Below are positions 21,258-25,322 of a DNA stretch of 25,322 nt, one piece after another. The position numbers and the translations under genes are program-made. The notes below the pieces were generated by a model that saw only the letters and a program-made list of their open reading frames with translations, was not told the DNA's origin and searched no databases. Source of the DNA: Octopus sinensis (Eukaryota); NCBI RefSeq assembly GCF_006345805.1, contig NW_021836087.1:1-25322 (forward strand), read 5' to 3'. The stretch's first letter is position 1; every line of letters starts with the position of its first letter.

Positions 21258-21532
21258 AGGCCCAGGAATGGCCATATGGGCGCAGGAGTGGCCATATAGA
21301 GCGCAGGCGTAGCAGTGTTGTAAGTAGCTTCCTTACTAACCACATGGTTCCGGGTTCACTCCCACTGCGTGGTACCTTGGGCAGGTGTCTTCTGCTATGG
21401 CCCTGGACTGACGAAAGGCTTGTGAGTGGATTTGGTAGACGGAAACGCTGTAAGCCTACTACTTATTCTTTCGGTTTCTTTTGCCGAAGCGCTAAGTTAC
21501 GGGAACATAAACACACCAACATCGGCTGTCAA
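21258..21532 (+). mobile_element. Rearranged type A SINE: triplicated 20-bp 5' end and inverted 3' half
   Basis: Head units at 21258, 21278 and 21298; plus-strand body to 21446; 21449-21532 is the reverse complement of the SINE 3' body. Confidence 0.82.
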
Positions 21533-21560
21533 CACACACACACACACACACCACACACAT

Positions 21561-21596
<36 letters not shown>

Positions 21597-21599
<3 letters not shown>

Positions 21600-21718
21600 C
21601 AGCCGAAGTTCGAGGATGATCCGGTTCTTGACTGAAGATTGAAGGCTTCGAATGTCCCGTCCGTGTTTTTGTATCGTCTTCAAAATGTTTTGCGTTCTTG
21701 TCCCACTTTGTATTTTTT

Positions 21719-21808
<90 letters not shown>

Positions 21809-22035
21809 AGGGGATAACAAAACATCTAGATAGACGATACAAAAGAACACGGACGGGTCATTCGAAGCCGTTTATCTTCAGTTAGGAACCGGACAATCCT
21901 CGCAATTTCGACTGATTAATCTTGAGATTGCTCCAATCTGGCCAGCCCCAAGGAAAAACTAAGCTAAGAGCATTAGATTCCTTGGAAAAAAGCAACGAAT
22001 GTATACGAAGCAAGGACGGAAAAACAGACGATGTT
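21597..22035. repeat. Copies 2 and 3 of the interspersed repeat, inverted around a (TA)n spacer
   Basis: 21597-21720 (+) and 21812-22035 (-), diverged but clearly alignable. Confidence 0.8.
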
Positions 22036-22036
22036 A

Positions 22037-22102
<66 letters not shown>

Positions 22103-22174
22103 CTGTGCGTCGTTGCTATCGCTTGATAGCTGATTTTGGTGTCTTTATGTATGTTTTTATGTATCTATGTATGT

Positions 22175-22225
<51 letters not shown>

Positions 22226-22887
22226 AATTGTGAGTGCTGTAGTTGGTATTCAGCCCCTAAATAAATAAAATCTAAGCCTAATGTCCAGACACTTGCCCAC
22301 CTTAATAATCAACGAAATTCCTCTAAACATCCATCCAAAGTTTTGTTGCCGGTGTCAGACTTGACAACCAACTGATAATTAATTACCTCGCCTGAACTAA
22401 AACAAATTTTTTCTTAGGCAATTAAATTCTCGGCATTGCTTGTTTTATATAAATGTCATCTTGTAATCTCATATGGTATATATTCAATGTTCTTGACGTT
22501 CGTTGAGTAATCATTTTATACGCAATGTGTTATTAGGGTTAACCTGGATACCACCGAATCAATAGTTGCGTGTATTATTATATAATGTTGCAAGATTGCT
22601 TTATGTGAATTAAAACGAAACGGCTGTAAATTGGAGTAGTAAAATAACTTGCTCCTCCCATTCTTTTCATTTGTCATTACAAATCCCTGGGGATACTTGT
22701 AGATTTTCAGACATTTATTTGGTAGAACAAACGATCTCCAGATTACATCATTGTCTGGTAGTCAATATCCGTGGATGAGCTCAATACAGTAAACAGCAGG
22801 GCTACAAACCCCCAATGAAATCACTGTAAATACACACACCACACACACACGCACACACGCACACACACACACACACACACACACCCG

Positions 22888-22918
<31 letters not shown>

Positions 22919-23088
22919 GTATACCAGTGAAATTAAATCGTCGGTACCAGCTTAATACAATAAATACTACACGTTATATATATATATGTGTGTGTATACA
23001 CATATACATATATATATAGTATACATACACACACACATATATATATATTATATATATATATAATATATATATATATATAATATAATAT

Positions 23089-23599
23089 GGGTGGCTGCCC
23101 CCTCGTTATCGATATGGCCGTTGCACGAAGCTTAATCAATGTTTCTATCGGGCAATACCTGTGCGAGAAGATTTTTTTTAAAGTGAGGAAAGGCTGTGCA
23201 CTGAGTCAATCCCACTCACCAAGCAACAGCAGCCATAATCCGAAAAGAAGAACAAGTCAACATCATCGGAAACCACTGAGCTGCAGGTTTTATGTCGGAG
23301 TTATCCCAGTTACCTGAGTTACCTTCTCCTAGAAGGATGATCAAACAAAGACTAGGAGTCCTTCGCTCCTAATGGTTTAACCGCGTGATCGGGTATTCAG
23401 TCCGATTATTTCTATGTCCCCGCGCATGATACAGCCTTAAGACATTTATTGGATGGCCGTTGACTCACAAGGTATCCAATAAATACCCTCCTCACCAAGC
23501 AAACTTGGTGGGGTTGCCGGTTTAGACGCCGACGGCCCGACCATGAAACAGGTTGTACTGGGTTACATCTTACCAGTAGCACTCGAAAGTAACCTGACC
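23089..23599 (-). mobile_element. Second probable bipartite RTE-derived non-autonomous element, about 510 bp
   Basis: Minus-strand 3' end GGCCATATCGATAACGAGGGGCAGCCACC resembles RTE 3' termini. The CCTTCTCCTAG..ACTAGGAGTCC and CCTCACCAAGC..GGGGTTGCCGGTTTAG..GGTTACATCTTACCAGTAGCACTC blocks resemble RTE 5' UTRs (both recognised from memory). No RT coding. Confidence 0.5.
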
Positions 23600-23635
<36 letters not shown>

Positions 23636-23714
23636 ACACATACATACATACATATATATATATATATACACATATACAAAGAGAGAGAGAGAGAAAGAGT
23701 GAGAAAAATAGGCA

Positions 23715-23786
23715 GACAGATAGATAAGACAGACAGGATAGACAGACAGATAGATAGATAGACAGACAGATAGATAGATAGATTGA

Positions 23787-23818
<32 letters not shown>

Positions 23819-23834
23819 TAGATAGATTGATAGA

Positions 23835-23874
<40 letters not shown>

Positions 23875-23879
23875 TAGAC

Positions 23880-23934
<55 letters not shown>

Positions 23935-23936
23935 CG

Positions 23937-23994
<58 letters not shown>

Positions 23995-24031
23995 CGGATA
24001 GATAGATAGATATAGACAGACAGACAGAGAA

Positions 24032-24072
<41 letters not shown>

Positions 24073-24110
24073 CGGATAGATAGATAGATATAGACAGACA
24101 GACAGAGAGA
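23715..24110. repeat. (GATA)n/(GACA)n tetranucleotide array, about 400 bp
   Basis: Direct reading. Confidence 0.95.
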
Positions 24111-24111
24111 T

Positions 24112-25322
24112 ATGTTTCTTTATCAGCCACACAGGGCTGCACACAGATAGAGCAAATTACAAGGTAGAGCTTTTCTTTTGAAGGGTTAAAAAAAAAAAAA
24201 AAGGAAGGGGGGAGTTTCGATCAAAAGGGATCGTAAAAGGAGAGAAAGAGGACAAAAAAGGGGGGTTAAAAAAAGGGGGAGAGGAAAAAAATTGATCAAT
24301 AGGGATCGTTTCACAGAAATGTCAATATGAAGTGTAAAGGGAGGACAGGTGAGGTTTATCCGTGGAAAGAAAAGCCTACGGAAAAGACCACGGTAACCTC
24401 GTCAATGAAGTCACATTTTATTTTCTTTTTTTTTTTTTTTTGCAAATAAGCACTCTCTGTTTTCGATTTCTGGGTTCATAGGACTATGCTCAAGGTGGCT
24501 TCGTCATTCATACGTGCCATTCTGCTGTACATTCACCCATCTTTTTTTAAAACATTCGCTAGACAGAACTTGCCTCTCTACTCTCACTTTCCTTTTCAAG
24601 TGGTACTTGAAGAAGTTGATGAGAGATTGACCAGAGAGGAAAGTGTTTGTCTCCAATCCTTTCAGACGCGCGTCCACCAGATACATTCTTTCGCCATAGC
24701 CACAAGGATGATGAAAATAGCTCTTCCTTCCCGTTTGAAGGAAGGAGGCGTGACAATATTGACGATAGACTCAGCTGATAAACCGACTCGTCCCACACGT
24801 GAGACAGCATTGTTCGACATAAGCCCCCAGGTCGGAAATTGTTGGACACTGAACGAGTGCGTGCAGAACGGTTTTCGTCGCTCTGACCGCATCTCGGGCA
24901 GGTCGGCCCCGTGTTTCTCGAGCCGTGTCTGTAGAGCTTATCCCGAACAGGTAGCGCTTCTCGGTAGCACTGCCAGGCCAGGGATCTCTGGAAGTTGTCC
25001 ATGGGCCCTGGCCCGAAAGTCGTCCTGAACAGGCGGGTCAGGTACTCCCGTCGACGTCCAGGTTCGCCCCGAGCTCGTTGTCGTACCTCCCCTCCACTAA
25101 ACCCCTATAGAATGCTTTGGTTGTGTTCAAGTCACTTAAGGTCGACCCAGGACGACAGAGTTGCTTGAGAGCAACGCGACACTCGCGGTGCCATTCGCCC
25201 TTCCTCGGCCTCTTTTTTTCCACGACTGCAGTTCGGTCATGGAGACGAGTTGCGGGAAAGCGTGCCTCACAAACGGCGACCACACCTGTTCACCGTCGTC
25301 TACATAGAGCCAGAGATGTCGC
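24112..25322 (-). mobile_element. L1/Tx1-clade LINE 3' portion (ORF2 C-terminus with CCHC zf-RVT finger plus about 380-nt 3' UTR), frameshifted, continues beyond the window
   Basis: Minus strand ..TKAFYRGLVEG..MDNFQRSLAWQCYREALPVRDKLYRHG..CPRCGQSDE/TVLHALVQCP..AMAKECIWWTR..FFKYHLKRKVRVER..FKKRW, with several frameshifts. The pyrimidine-rich 3' UTR ends GTGTGGCTGATAAAGAAACATA. Confidence 0.9.

Noticed and set aside
433-24144. Dozens of 60-240 aa ORFs rich in YI, HT, VC, SIYL or poly-I/S/P/E
   Set aside because: They are translations of micro- and minisatellites or SINE bodies; there is no evidence of coding function.

Overview
Eukaryotic, AT-rich, microsatellite-saturated genomic DNA. The SINE families and repeat landscape look like an octopod cephalopod (Octopus); this is recognition, not a database result. 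Almost all ORFs in the supplied track are microsatellite read-throughs. The window is mostly layered mobile DNA: about 12 tRNA-derived SINE copies or fragments of three types, two decayed DD41D-type Tc1/mariner elements, a hAT MITE with a perfect 8-bp TSD, a Penelope-like element (RT end plus GIY-YIG), a CR1 3' fragment, two short bipartite RTE-derived elements, and the 3' part of an L1/Tx1-clade LINE running off the right edge. There are weakly supported minus-strand terminal exons of an unidentified host gene at about 5.56-6.45 kb. The most interesting signal is a set of long fold-back (hairpin) elements built around minimal type I hammerhead-ribozyme motifs with non-canonical but co-varying cores (G3:C8 and U3:A8). 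Second is an apparent shared 3' tail between a SINE and the Tx1-like LINE.
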